Source of the DNA: Acidimicrobiales bacterium
Lineage (GTDB): Bacteria > Actinomycetota > Acidimicrobiia > Acidimicrobiales > UBA8190
Direction: 5' to 3'
NCBI GenBank assembly: GCA_036786835.1
Contig: DAIQQK010000006.1
Location: forward strand, 1,131 to 65,130
Length of the DNA: 64,000 nucleotides
The notes under the pieces are model-generated. The model worked only from the letters and a program-made list of their open reading frames with translations. It ran no database searches and had not been told where the DNA came from. The position numbers and the translations under genes were made by a program. The stretch's first letter is position 1. Each line of letters begins with the position of its first letter. Below are positions 1 through 9,762 of the stretch, piece after piece.

Positions 1-1185
1 CGCGCCGAGATCCGCGGCTGGCTCGAGGCGCACCTGCCCTGGGAGTACGGGACCGGCCTTCCCCCGCGCTTCGAGGACCTCGCCGAAGAGGTCGCCTTCG
101 GACGCGACTGGCAAGGCAAGCTCGCAGGCGCAGGCTGGGTGGGCGTCACGTGGCCCGAGGCATACGGAGGGCGCGGGCTCGGCCCCGTCGACAATTTCGT
201 CGTGCAGGAGGAGCTGGCGCGTGCTCGTGCTCCTGAGCTCGTGGGCAGGATCGGGGTGAACCTGGCCGGGCCCACCCTCCTCGTGCACGGGTCGAAGGAA
301 CAGAAGGCTCGCTGGCTGCCTGCGATCCTGCCCGCATCGCAGCTGTGGTGCCAGCTCTTCAGCGAGCCGGACGCCGGGAGCGATCTCGCCTCGCTTCGCA
401 CCTCTGCGCGCAGGTGCGAAGGCGGATGGGTCCTCGAGGGACAGAAGGTCTGGACCTCCTACGCACAGTTCGCCGACTGGGCGATCTGCCTGGCGCGCAG
501 CGACCCCGATGCACCGAAGCACAAAGGGATCTCCTTCTTCGTAGTCGACATGCACGCGGACGGAGTCGTCGTCCGGCCCCTCGTGCAGCTCACAGGGGAG
601 GCCGAGTTCAACGCAGTAGAGCTGAACCGGGTCTTCGTGGCGGATGACCAGTTGATCGGGGAGGAGGGAGAGGGCTGGCGCGTGGCGGGATCCACGTTGT
701 CCCACGAACGTGGCGTGAACCCCCGACAGCTCGTGATCCACATCCAGCATTTCGAAGAGCTGCTTCGCATCGCGGCGGCCAACGGGTCCTTCGACGACAC
801 TCGCCTGCGACGAAGGCTCGCACAGGCGTACGTCGAGATCCGGCTCTTCGAGCTGCAGAACTGGCGCTCGCTCTCGAAGCTCGAGCACCAGCGCGAGCCG
901 GGGCCCGAGGCAAGCGCCTCCAAGCTCTACTGGAGCGAGATGAGCCAACGACTCCACTCGCTCGCCATGGACGTCCTCGGTCCGGCGGCTCCTCTCTGGC
1001 GGGGGGCGTCCGACAATCCGGGGGACGGGTCCTGGCAGCGGTCCTGGCTCTACTACCGGGCGGCCTCGATCTTCGCTGGCACGAACGAGATCCAACGAAA
1101 CGTGATCGCAGAACGGGTGCTCGGCCTGCCCCGAGAACCGGCGGCTGCGGGTGTCGCGAGGGGAGGGTCCGGCCATGCCCGGTGA
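1..1185 (+). CDS. Acyl-CoA dehydrogenase, 5' end cut by window edge
   Basis: Frame 1 is open from nt 1 (RAEIRGWLEAHLPWEYG...) into listed ORF 139..1185. ACAD-like motifs GVTWPEAYGGRG, CQLFSEPDAGSDLASL, IFAGTNEIQRNVIAERVLGLP. Confidence 0.9.
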   Translation, partial: RAEIRGWLEAHLPWEYGTGLPPRFEDLAEEVAFGRDWQGKLAGAGWVGVTWPEAYGGRGLGPVDNFVVQEELARARAPELVGRIGVNLAGPTLLVHGSKEQKARWLPAILPASQLWCQLFSEPDAGSDLASLRTSARRCEGGWVLEGQKVWTSYAQFADWAICLARSDPDAPKHKGISFFVVDMHADGVVVRPLVQLTGEAEFNAVELNRVFVADDQLIGEEGEGWRVAGSTLSHERGVNPRQLVIHIQHFEELLRIAAANGSFDDTRLRRRLAQAYVEIRLFELQNWRSLSKLEHQREPGPEASASKLYWSEMSQRLHSLAMDVLGPAAPLWRGASDNPGDGSWQRSWLYYRAASIFAGTNEIQRNVIAERVLGLPREPAAAGVARGGSGHAR

Positions 1186-2038
1186 CGAGCCGGTGGTGCT
1201 CTACGAGGTCGACGGAGCGGTTGCGACCATCACGATGAACCGCCCCGACGCGGCCAACGCGCAGAACAGCGCTCTCATCGACGCGATAGACGCTGCTTTC
1301 GATCAGGCGGACGAGGACGACGACGTCCGAGTGGTGGTGCTCGCGGGAGCAGGCAAGCATTTCAGCTCCGGACACGACCTGAAGGAGCTCGCGGCGCCGC
1401 CCGGCTCCGATGAGGCGACCCAGTGGCGGCAGATGCGCGAGACACCCGAGGGCAAGCTCCGCCACGAGCAGGTGATGTACGTCGATCGCTGCCGCAAGAT
1501 CCATGACTTCCGCAAGCCCACGATCGCAGCCGTCCAGGGCAAGTGCGTCGCTGCCGGGCTCATGCTCGCGTGCATGTGCGACATCATCGTGGCGTCCGAC
1601 GACGCCACCTTCTCCAATCCCGTTCTGCGCATGACCGGGGCTGCCGTCGAGCTCCTCGTGGAGCCGTGGGAGATGGGGGTGCGAAAGGCGAAGGAGTTCC
1701 TCCTCGCAGCGGAGGAGCTCGACGCGCAGGAGGCTCTTCGGCTCGGATTGGTCAACCGGGTCGTCCTGCGAGCCGAGCTCGCGCAGAGGACGAAGGAGCT
1801 GGCCGAGCGGATCGCCCTGGTACCCCCTGTCACCGCGCAGGTGGTGAAGGGCTCCCTCAACCACGTCTACGAGCTGATGGGCCAGGACGCGTCTTGGCGA
1901 TACCACTTCATGGCCCACCACTGGATGCACAACACGGCGACCGCGCGTTCAGCCCTCGCCGAGCGCGAGCAGATGGGATCGATGAAAGAGGTCTTCGCAG
2001 CACGTGACAAGGGCGACGCCCCAAGTCGCTCAGACTGA
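1175..2038 (+). CDS. Enoyl-CoA hydratase/isomerase (crotonase family)
   Basis: ITMNRPDAANAQN, VLAGAGKHFSSGHDL. ATG 1175 follows GGGAGGG (longest ORF starts GTG 1151). Overlaps the upstream ACAD stop. Confidence 0.9.
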   Translation: MPGDEPVVLYEVDGAVATITMNRPDAANAQNSALIDAIDAAFDQADEDDDVRVVVLAGAGKHFSSGHDLKELAAPPGSDEATQWRQMRETPEGKLRHEQVMYVDRCRKIHDFRKPTIAAVQGKCVAAGLMLACMCDIIVASDDATFSNPVLRMTGAAVELLVEPWEMGVRKAKEFLLAAEELDAQEALRLGLVNRVVLRAELAQRTKELAERIALVPPVTAQVVKGSLNHVYELMGQDASWRYHFMAHHWMHNTATARSALAEREQMGSMKEVFAARDKGDAPSRSD

Positions 2039-2041
2039 CCC

Positions 2042-3304
2042 GTGGCCGGCTCGGCTCGCCCTCTCGAGGGCCTTCGGGTCATAGACCTCGGCACCCGCAT
2101 CGGGGCTCCGTTCTGCGCCGGGCTCCTCGGCGAGTGGGGAGCCGAAGTGGTGAAGATCGAGCAGCCCGGAAGCGGCGACTTCATGCGCGGCATAGGCCCA
2201 TTCGTCGACGTCGAGGGCTCGCGTGCCGGGTACTCGCTGTTCTGGGCGGTGGAAGGCCGCGGGCGAAAGAGCGCCACTTGCGACCTGCGCACTTCGACTG
2301 GACAGGACCTGTTCCGGAGGCTCGCCGCCACCGCCGACGTCGTGTGCGAGAACTTTCGGCCGGGGACGCTGGAAGGGTGGGGAATCGGACCGGGCGATCT
2401 CGACGAACGCCTCGTCTTCGTCAGGATCAGCGCGTTCGGCCAGGACGGGCCGTACTCCGGGCGCCCCGGACTCGACCGTCTCGGTGTCGCGTACGGCGGG
2501 CTCCTTCACCTGACGGGAGATCCCGACCGGCCTCCTGTGCGGCCGGGCGTGACTGTCGCCGACTACCTGACCGGAGTGTTCGCCGCGGAGGCCGCGCTCG
2601 CGGCGCTCTACCGCCGCGATGCGGTTCGGGCTGACAGGGGCGTTCGGGATACGACAGGCGTTCGCGACGAGACGGGTGCGGGCCGGGGCGCCGTGATCGA
2701 CGCTTCCCTGTACGGCTCGGTGCTCCGGATCTTGGAATGGACGATCGCCGGCTACGACCGGCTCGGGATCGTTCGCCAGCGGGAGGGAAACCGCCTCTCC
2801 ACGTCCGCCCCTCTCGACAACTACCCCACCTCCGACGACCGCTTCGTCTGCATCGTGGCAGGGTCCGACGCGAACTTCCGCCGGTTGTGCAAGGCGATGG
2901 ACCGGATGGACCTGTTCGAGGATCCGCGTTACGCGACGCTCGCGGACCGCGCGCGCAACGCCGACTCCATCAACGCGGCTGTCGCTCAGTGGACGATGTC
3001 TCAAACCGCAGAAGAGGTCACCGCGGCGTGTGTCGCTTCGGACGTCCCCGTAGCGACCGCTTACACCGCTCGCGAGATCTGCGAGGACCCTCACATGGCG
3101 TCGAGGGGCGACCTGGTCGAAGTGCAGGACCCGATCGCCGGGCGCGTCCTCCAACAAGCACCGTTCCCGAGCTTGGTGGGTGAGGACCGCCCGGTTCCCG
3201 AAGGGGCCCCTGCGTTGGGGGCGCACAACGCAGAGGTGTGGTGCGAGATGGTGGGGATCACCCCGGACGATCTCGCCCGTCTGCAGGAGGAGGGTGTGGT
3301 CTGA
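2042..3304 (+). CDS. Family III CoA-transferase (CaiB/BaiF-like)
   Basis: LEGLRVIDLGTRIGAPFCAGLLGEWGAEVVKIEQP and ENFRPG motifs. Carries an in-frame 18-bp repeat insertion (2621..2692). Confidence 0.9.
   Translation: MAGSARPLEGLRVIDLGTRIGAPFCAGLLGEWGAEVVKIEQPGSGDFMRGIGPFVDVEGSRAGYSLFWAVEGRGRKSATCDLRTSTGQDLFRRLAATADVVCENFRPGTLEGWGIGPGDLDERLVFVRISAFGQDGPYSGRPGLDRLGVAYGGLLHLTGDPDRPPVRPGVTVADYLTGVFAAEAALAALYRRDAVRADRGVRDTTGVRDETGAGRGAVIDASLYGSVLRILEWTIAGYDRLGIVRQREGNRLSTSAPLDNYPTSDDRFVCIVAGSDANFRRLCKAMDRMDLFEDPRYATLADRARNADSINAAVAQWTMSQTAEEVTAACVASDVPVATAYTAREICEDPHMASRGDLVEVQDPIAGRVLQQAPFPSLVGEDRPVPEGAPALGAHNAEVWCEMVGITPDDLARLQEEGVV
2621..2692 (+). repeat. Imperfect 18-bp in-frame tandem repeat (about 4 units) inside the CoA-transferase
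   Basis: Codon-phased units encode AVRADR/GVRDTT/GVRDET/GAGRGA. Confidence 0.7.
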
Positions 3305-3344
3305 CCTCGGGGCCGTGCGGGCCGACAGCACGTATAGAAGGATC

Positions 3345-4658
3345 ATGCGAATGAGAGCCCTCGTCTTCGGCGAACCACCTGCGGCGGACGAGGACCGGCC
3401 CGAGCCGGCCGACGACCTCGAGCGCCAGCTGCTGTCTCTGCCCTTCGGCATGCACTCGGTGGACGACGCGCGTCTGGTCGCGCCCGACTGGGTCGTGACC
3501 AGACCGATCCTCTCGGGCATCTGCGGGTCCGACGCCAAGCTGGTGCTCGGCGACTTCGGCGAGGGAGACATCGACAACCCGATGTCGGCCTTCTCCTCGC
3601 TCCCTCACGTGCCGGGCCACGAAGTGGTGGCCGAGGTGGTGGAGATGGGCCCTGAAGCCGAAGGAGTCGAGGTCGGACAGCGCGTCGTCCTGAACCCGTG
3701 GCTCACGTGCGGACCTCGCGGGATCGACCCCCCCTGTCCGGCTTGCCTGGCGGGAGATCTGAGCTTGTGCTGGAGCTTCACCACCGGAGCTCTCGGACCT
3801 GGCGTCCACGTCGGTGTCACGACGGACGCGCCGGGGGCTTGGGCCGACTTGATGGCTGCGCACGACTCGATGCTCATACCGGTGCCCGATGCAGTGCCGA
3901 ACGAGCTCGCAGTGCTCGCGGATCCTTTCGCCGTCTCCATGCACGCAGTCGTGCGTCACCCGCCACCGGCCGGCGGAGGTCGCGCTGTGGTCTACGGAGC
4001 GGGAGCCCTCGGTGCGACCACCGTTGCCGTGCTGTGCGCGCTGTATCCGAATACAGAGGTGGCCGTCGTCGCCCGCTTCGAAGCTCAGAGGGAGTTCGTC
4101 TCCCGTCTGGGCGCCGCCAAGGTCGTTGCGCACGAGCCCAGGCTGGGAGTCGTGGAGGAGCTCGCCGAGTGGTCGGGTGCCGCGCTTCACACACCCTTCG
4201 ACGGGTTGCCGATGGCACATCCGGGCCACATCGACGTCGTCTACGACACCGTCGCGCGACCAGAGACGATGGAGGTCGGCGTACGCCTCCTCGCAGAGCG
4301 CGGGACGCTCGTCCAGTCCGGCGTGCACACCCCGGGGCGTTGGGAGTGGACTCCCGTCTATTTCAAGGAGATCACGATCGCGGGCTCCAATGCCTTCGGG
4401 ATCGAGGAAGTCGAAGGGGTGCGCCAGCACGCCATAGCGCACTACCTGGATCTGACCGCTGCCGGGCGCGTCGACCTGACCGGGATGCTCACGCACCGCT
4501 TCGCGCTCGACCACTGGTGGGACGCGCTGAAGGCCCTCGCCCGCCAGGACGCGAGCGGGGCCATCAAAGTGGCGTTCGAGCCGCGAACGGAAGAGCCGGG
4601 GACGGGGGTGCCGCGAACAAGAGCTGCCGCTGCGGCAGCTGGGACAGGTAGGGCATGA
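3345..4658 (+). CDS. Zn-dependent alcohol dehydrogenase (MDR superfamily)
   Basis: GICGSDAKL, PGHEVVAEVVEMG, Rossmann VVYGAGALGATTVAVL. ATG 3345 follows AGAAGGA. Listed start 3180 overlaps the upstream gene and is unlikely. Confidence 0.85.
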   Translation: MRMRALVFGEPPAADEDRPEPADDLERQLLSLPFGMHSVDDARLVAPDWVVTRPILSGICGSDAKLVLGDFGEGDIDNPMSAFSSLPHVPGHEVVAEVVEMGPEAEGVEVGQRVVLNPWLTCGPRGIDPPCPACLAGDLSLCWSFTTGALGPGVHVGVTTDAPGAWADLMAAHDSMLIPVPDAVPNELAVLADPFAVSMHAVVRHPPPAGGGRAVVYGAGALGATTVAVLCALYPNTEVAVVARFEAQREFVSRLGAAKVVAHEPRLGVVEELAEWSGAALHTPFDGLPMAHPGHIDVVYDTVARPETMEVGVRLLAERGTLVQSGVHTPGRWEWTPVYFKEITIAGSNAFGIEEVEGVRQHAIAHYLDLTAAGRVDLTGMLTHRFALDHWWDALKALARQDASGAIKVAFEPRTEEPGTGVPRTRAAAAAAGTGRA

Positions 4659-5536
4659 CTCCGGCGGCTGCGAAGCGCGACGGCGCTGCGGCGTCGGCGG
4701 CGCGATCTGCCAAGCATCAAGGCGCTCTGCCGGCGAAGGTGCGATCTGCCACGGCGAAGAGGGCACGCACTGCGGCAGGAGGTCGCGCATCTCCTGGTGG
4801 GAAGAAGAGCACGCAGGGAAGAGGCGGATCGTCGTCGGAGACTCGACCCCGGAGCGCGAAGACCGGGGCGTCCGCGGGAGAGCCCGCGAGCCGCAGGGCT
4901 TTGCGCACCCAGGGCCGCAAGACCATGCAGAAGCTCCTCGATGCGGCGATGGTCGTGTTCAGCCGCCGCGGCTACCACGCGGCGCGGGTGGACGACATCG
5001 TGAAGGTGGCTCGCACCTCTCACGGGACCTTCTATCTCTACTTCGCCAACAAAGAGGACCTCCTTCGGGCGCTCGTGGCCGAGGCAGCCGACGTCGTCGC
5101 CTCACTCGACACCGCTCTCGACCAGGTCGGGCCCGGCGCGCAGGGCTGGCGGGAGGTGCGCGAGTGGATAGAGCGCTTCTCCGATGCATGGCAGCGCTAT
5201 GCACCGGTGCTTCGTGCTTGGACGGACCTCGTGATGAGCGATGCCCAGCTGACAGAGCAGGCCCAGACCGCCACGCGCGGAGTGGAGAGCACGCTGGCGA
5301 AGAGGATCGCGGAGGCCGGGCCGCTCGCCGGGATCGACCCGGTCACCGCGGCGGAGGCGGTTGTTGCGATGGTCGACCGCTTCCACTACCTCCGGCAGTT
5401 CTCCGGCGAGCCCGTCGACGCGTCGGCGCTCGACACCTTGGCCACGATCGTGCACCGCGCTCTCTTCGGGGGCACCGGCCCTCCGCCCGGCCGATCGCGC
5501 CAGACCCAGCGGGCGCCCGGCTCCCGCAAGCGCTGA
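4655..5536 (+). CDS. TetR-family transcriptional regulator with long basic N-terminal tail
   Basis: HTH core KLLDAAMVVFSRRGYHAARVDDIVKVARTSHGTFYLYFANKEDLL. ATGA overlap with the upstream stop. About 90 aa of A/R/K/S/G-rich sequence precede the HTH. Confidence 0.85.
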   Translation: MTPAAAKRDGAAASAARSAKHQGALPAKVRSATAKRARTAAGGRASPGGKKSTQGRGGSSSETRPRSAKTGASAGEPASRRALRTQGRKTMQKLLDAAMVVFSRRGYHAARVDDIVKVARTSHGTFYLYFANKEDLLRALVAEAADVVASLDTALDQVGPGAQGWREVREWIERFSDAWQRYAPVLRAWTDLVMSDAQLTEQAQTATRGVESTLAKRIAEAGPLAGIDPVTAAEAVVAMVDRFHYLRQFSGEPVDASALDTLATIVHRALFGGTGPPPGRSRQTQRAPGSRKR

Positions 5537-5570
5537 CCTTTCTTGCTACGCGCTTCCTTCTCCGCGCTCT

Positions 5571-6050
5571 CTAAGCGGGCTTGCGGATCCTCTTGGCGTT
5601 GAGCGCGCCACGCTCGTAGCCACGGTGAGCCCACGGAAGCGCCTCGACGACCCGGAGGAGCCCGAACGCGGGCTCTGTGAGAAGGATGCTGCCCGCGATC
5701 TCCTCCCACGTCGCGCCCACTTCCGCTGCGAGCATTGCGTGGCGGGTCACGCCGGGAGGGTTTCCGAGGATGACCGTGCACACCATCCTTATGAGCTCAT
5801 GCGTCTTGCGGTCGGGTGCGGCAAGCGAGTCGATCTGCGATAGCCAGGCGTTCTGTGCTTCACGCAGTCCCGGCGCTATGGCGTGCAGATCGGCCTCGAA
5901 CGGGAAGTCCCAGTCGTCCTCGGCGTGGTCCGCGCTCTTGTCGTTCTCGTCGCTCTCTGCGCTCTCAGCGCTCTCTGCTCTGACACCTCGGACGGGCTTC
6001 CCGCGCTGCTTGGGGCTCACGACATCACCTCCGCCCCACAAGCATTGCAC
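5571..6050 (-). CDS. AhpD/carboxymuconolactone-decarboxylase-fold protein (tentative)
   Basis: C-terminal half DRKTHELIRMVCTVILGNPPGVTRHAMLAAEVGATWEEIAGSILL resembles CMD-family proteins. Start uncertain. N-terminal AESAESAES repeat. Confidence 0.55.
   Translation of the reverse strand: MQCLWGGGDVVSPKQRGKPVRGVRAESAESAESDENDKSADHAEDDWDFPFEADLHAIAPGLREAQNAWLSQIDSLAAPDRKTHELIRMVCTVILGNPPGVTRHAMLAAEVGATWEEIAGSILLTEPAFGLLRVVEALPWAHRGYERGALNAKRIRKPA
5952..5978 (-). repeat. 9-bp x3 in-frame tandem repeat (AESAESAES)
   Basis: gctctctgc/gctctcagc/gctctctgc on the plus strand. Confidence 0.8.
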
Positions 6051-6092
6051 CCGGACGCCTGCCCGGCGCGGGCGCGCGGGCGCAGGGAGCGG

Positions 6093-7469
6093 TCAGCCAC
6101 CTGGTCCGAACGAGACGAAGCGCCGGTAGCGCTCGTCGCATGCTTCCTGCCAGCTGGGATCTGGGTCCACTCGGCTCCCTACGCGCGCCCACGAGCTCGC
6201 CCCCTCGAGACCTTGAGCCGACCCGGCCGCCATCCTCGCCATGTACGCGGCTCCGAGCGCAGCGCCCTCGTGAACCGCGACGATGTCGACGGGAAGGCCG
6301 GTCGCGTCGGCCATCGCCTGCATCCACGCCACGACCCGGGTGCCGCCACCGCTCGCCACGATCCTCTTCGCCGAGACGCCCGCCCTGTCGAGCATCTGGC
6401 GCACGACGAAACCGCTCGCCTCGTACGCCGCTCGCTCGAGGCAACCGGTGTCGTGGGTCATGTCGAGCCCGTAGAGGCCCGAGCGAAGTCCGGGGTCGTG
6501 GAACGGAGCGCGCTCGCCGCGCACGTAAGGCGTCCACACCGGCACCCTCGAGGGCTCGCTCAATCGTGCGTTGCTCGCCGGAGCTCTCGAGCTGTGGGAC
6601 GTCCGGCCGATCAACCCCCTCGCCCAGTCGACGAAGAGCGCGCCCGCATTGGACGGACCACCGATGAGCACGCGCCCTGCGGCGGTGTGCGGGACTGTCC
6701 ACAGCCCGGGGACCTCGATCCAGTCCGAGACCACCGCCCAGACCACGAGGGTGGCCCCGCAGATGACCAGGACGTCGCCCGGCTGCTCGGCTCCCGAGAC
6801 GATCTGGTCGCAAAGGGCGTCGACCGTGCCGCCGGCGAGCACTGCGTCGGTCCCCGAGACGGTCCCTGCCGGCCCGCCCATGGGGACCACCACAGGCAGC
6901 TGCTCCTCGCGCACCCCCATGCCCGCGAGCACCTCGAGGTCCCAGTGTCCGGCGTGCATCAGGGCGCCGAGGGACATCGAGACCGCGGAGTCCACGGCGG
7001 GTACGCCGCCCAACGCGTAGTTGGCCACCGCCTGCGCCGGCCAGTATCCGTAGGCGTCCGGACACTCGCGTGCGGCCCACCGCATGAACCCCTCGGCGTC
7101 CGGCATCGCCGCGCTGCCCGGCACGACACCGCCGCTCGGCAGGCCCCTGCGGTCGCCGTAGAGGAGTCCCGCAGAACACGGGATCCCGCGCCTGGTCACG
7201 GCGGCGAGCGAGGGGACCATGCCTGCGACGCAAACCCCTGCCGGCTCGGCTCCGTCGAGCGCCCCCGTCACCCGCGCGAGCGCCTGCACGGGACCTCTGC
7301 GCCAGGCTTTCGCGGCGTCGTGCTCGAGCAGGTCCGGGGCCGGTGCATTCAGCTTGTGTGCCACCCGCGAGCGTGCGAGCACGGCACCGTGGTCGTCGGC
7401 GGCCACGGCCTTGGTGGCGGTGGTGCCGATGTCGATCCCCACCGTGAACGAACCTGACACGGGCGTCAT
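6093..7469 (-). CDS. FGGY-family carbohydrate kinase
   Basis: FTVGIDIGTTATKAV phosphate-1 motif, later GGPSNAG and ASGGGTR. Length about 458 aa, typical of the family. Confidence 0.85.
   Translation of the reverse strand: MTPVSGSFTVGIDIGTTATKAVAADDHGAVLARSRVAHKLNAPAPDLLEHDAAKAWRRGPVQALARVTGALDGAEPAGVCVAGMVPSLAAVTRRGIPCSAGLLYGDRRGLPSGGVVPGSAAMPDAEGFMRWAARECPDAYGYWPAQAVANYALGGVPAVDSAVSMSLGALMHAGHWDLEVLAGMGVREEQLPVVVPMGGPAGTVSGTDAVLAGGTVDALCDQIVSGAEQPGDVLVICGATLVVWAVVSDWIEVPGLWTVPHTAAGRVLIGGPSNAGALFVDWARGLIGRTSHSSRAPASNARLSEPSRVPVWTPYVRGERAPFHDPGLRSGLYGLDMTHDTGCLERAAYEASGFVVRQMLDRAGVSAKRIVASGGGTRVVAWMQAMADATGLPVDIVAVHEGAALGAAYMARMAAGSAQGLEGASSWARVGSRVDPDPSWQEACDERYRRFVSFGPGG
7454..7469. promoter_or_regulatory. 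Candidate operator CTGACACGGGCGTCAT (CTGAC-N6-GTCAG family, 1 mismatch)
   Basis: Overlaps the ATG of the FGGY kinase in the short divergent region with the 2-hydroxyacid dehydrogenase. 15/16 identical to the 50200 site. Confidence 0.45.
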
Positions 7470-7522
7470 TGTCCGCCATTATTGAGGACTTCGCGACTTT
7501 CTGCGCCCGAGGAGGAACGAGA

Positions 7523-8536
7523 GTGGTCGACCAGATGAGCGGACGCTTGAGGGCGCTCGTCACCGCACCGCTTCGCGGGCCGGGGCTGGACCTGCTCGGC
7601 GAGCTGGCGGACCTCGTCGTCGACCCCTGGATCGACCAGAACCCGATCCGGATCTACAACTCCGAGCAGCTGGCGGAGAGGGCCAAGGTCGAGCGTGCGA
7701 CGATCCTCGTGGTCGAGGCCGACCACTGCGCGGGCCCGGTGCTCGAGCTGCCCCTCGTGGCGGTCGCCAGCTGCCGGGGCGACCCCACCAACGTCGACGT
7801 GCCGGGCGCGACGGCAGCCGGGATACCGGTGCTTCGCGCCCCGGCGCGAAACGCAGACGCCGTGGCCGAGCTCGCCGTGGCCCTGCTGCTCGCCGCGACC
7901 CGGGGGATCGCGCGCGCCGAGGAGGACGTGCGATCGGGCCAGGTCTACCGAGACGGCACCATCCCCTACCAGAGGTTCCGCGGTTGGCAGATAGCAGGAC
8001 GCACCGCTGGACTCGTCGGGCTCGGAGCGGTCGGCCGTGCCCTGCGCTGGCGCCTCGAGGGGCTCGGGATGCGCGTCGTGGCGTACGACCCCTACGCCCC
8101 CGACGCCACCTGCACCCTCGAACAGCTCCTCGAGGTCTCAGACGTCGTATCCATGCACGCGCCGGTGAACGCCGAGACGACGGGGATGATCGGCAGCGGT
8201 GAGTTCGCCCGGATGCGCGACGGCGTGGTCTTCCTGAACACCGCCCGCGCCCAGCTGCACGACGGTGAAGCTCTCGTCGGTGCGCTTCGCTCGGGCAAGG
8301 TGGGGGCCGCAGGCCTCGACCACTTCGTCGGGGAGCATCTTGCCGCCGACGACCCGCTCCTGGAATTTCCCAACGTCGTCCTCACCCCTCACATCGGGGG
8401 CGCGACGTACGACACCGAGGTGAACCACACCTCGGCGATCGCCGACGACTTGTGCCGTCTCCTGGCGGGGGCGACGCCGAGGAACATCGTGAACCCGGAG
8501 GTGCTGGCGAACCGTGGACTTCTCCTACACCGCTGA
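7523..8536 (+). CDS. D-isomer-specific 2-hydroxyacid dehydrogenase
   Basis: Rossmann GLVGLGAVGRALRWRLEGLGMRVVAYDP, TPHIGGAT. GTG 7523 lies 6 nt after GAGGAGG (longest ORF starts 7469). Confidence 0.85.
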   Translation: MVDQMSGRLRALVTAPLRGPGLDLLGELADLVVDPWIDQNPIRIYNSEQLAERAKVERATILVVEADHCAGPVLELPLVAVASCRGDPTNVDVPGATAAGIPVLRAPARNADAVAELAVALLLAATRGIARAEEDVRSGQVYRDGTIPYQRFRGWQIAGRTAGLVGLGAVGRALRWRLEGLGMRVVAYDPYAPDATCTLEQLLEVSDVVSMHAPVNAETTGMIGSGEFARMRDGVVFLNTARAQLHDGEALVGALRSGKVGAAGLDHFVGEHLAADDPLLEFPNVVLTPHIGGATYDTEVNHTSAIADDLCRLLAGATPRNIVNPEVLANRGLLLHR

Positions 8537-9710
8537 GGACGAGGCCTTCAGGGCCGAGCTCAAACAGTGGCTCGACGCGAACCTCGGGGACTTCACGGCC
8601 TCGGGTGAGATCGGCGACGAGACCAACCCCGACCGCAGGACCATGGCGCGCCGACAGGCCTGGCAGCGACGCCTTCACGAAGGTCGTTGGGCGGCCATCA
8701 ACTGGCCGAAGTCCTGGGGCGGGCGCGAGGCGACCGTGATGCAGAACGCCATCTACGCAGAAGAGATGGCGCGAGCGAAGACTCCGGGCATCTACAACGC
8801 GAACGGCATCTGGCAGATCGGCCCGATGATCCTTCGCTGGGGGACCGAGGAACAGCAGCAGATGTGGCTGCCGGGGATCTTGAACGCGGACGTCCACTGG
8901 TGCCAGGGGTTCACCGAGCCCGAGGCGGGGAGCGACCTCGCCAACCTGCGCACCGTGGCGATCTCAGACGGTGACGACTACGTCCTCAATGGCAGAAAGA
9001 TCTGGATCTCGAGCGCGCATCTCGCCAAGTGGGGGCTGTTCCTCGTGCGCACCGACCCGACCGCGATCGAGCGCGGCGCCAAGCACGAGGGGATCACGGC
9101 GCTGATCGTCGACATGGACGTCCCGGGCGCCGAGGTGAACGTGATCCGCGACATAACCGGGGGCGAGCTCTTCTGCGAGATCGTGTTCGACGGCGCGCAC
9201 GTTCCCAAGCTCTACCGGCTCGGCGAGGAGAACCAGGGCTGGAACGTCGCCATGGGGACCCTCGCCAACGAGCGGGTGGGCACGGCGGGACTGTCGGTGT
9301 CGATGCGCATCGAGCTCGACAACCTGATCGCGACCGCACGCGAGCACAACCCCGCCGCGCTCAGGGACCCGGAGATCCGCGAGCGCGTCGCGCGCCTTTG
9401 GACTCAGCTCGAGCTCACGAGGCTGCTGAACGCGCGCGCTCTCTCGAAGGTCCTGAAGGGGGAGAAGAACTGGCCAGAGGTGCCGCTGGCGAAGCTCCAG
9501 TGGAGCCACCTCTCCCAGACCATCGCGGAGCTCGGAGTCGACGTGCTGGGCCCGATCGGCGTGCTCGCACGCGGAGGGCCGGACGCGATCGACAAGGGGC
9601 ACTGGAGCCACAACTACGTGTGGCAGCGCTACACCTCGATCGGCGCTGGCACCACCGAGGTGCAGAAGAACATCATCGCCGACCGGGCCATCAGGATGCC
9701 CAAGCGCTGA
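8514..9710 (+). CDS. Acyl-CoA dehydrogenase
   Basis: MDFSYTAEDEAFRAELKQWL, CQGFTEPEAGSDLANL, IGAGTTEVQKNIIADRAI. Confidence 0.9.
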   Translation: MDFSYTAEDEAFRAELKQWLDANLGDFTASGEIGDETNPDRRTMARRQAWQRRLHEGRWAAINWPKSWGGREATVMQNAIYAEEMARAKTPGIYNANGIWQIGPMILRWGTEEQQQMWLPGILNADVHWCQGFTEPEAGSDLANLRTVAISDGDDYVLNGRKIWISSAHLAKWGLFLVRTDPTAIERGAKHEGITALIVDMDVPGAEVNVIRDITGGELFCEIVFDGAHVPKLYRLGEENQGWNVAMGTLANERVGTAGLSVSMRIELDNLIATAREHNPAALRDPEIRERVARLWTQLELTRLLNARALSKVLKGEKNWPEVPLAKLQWSHLSQTIAELGVDVLGPIGVLARGGPDAIDKGHWSHNYVWQRYTSIGAGTTEVQKNIIADRAIRMPKR

Positions 9711-9714
9711 CTCT

Positions 9715-9762
9715 CCGAAGTTCAGGGCGGCCGAAGTTCAGGGTGGCCGAGTTCAAGGGGCG
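9715..9762. repeat. 16-bp x3 tandem repeat CCGAAGTTCAGGGYGG between convergent genes
   Basis: Units at 9715-9730, 9731-9746 and 9747-9762 (third degenerate, overlapping the stop of the GGDEF-EAL gene). Confidence 0.85.
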
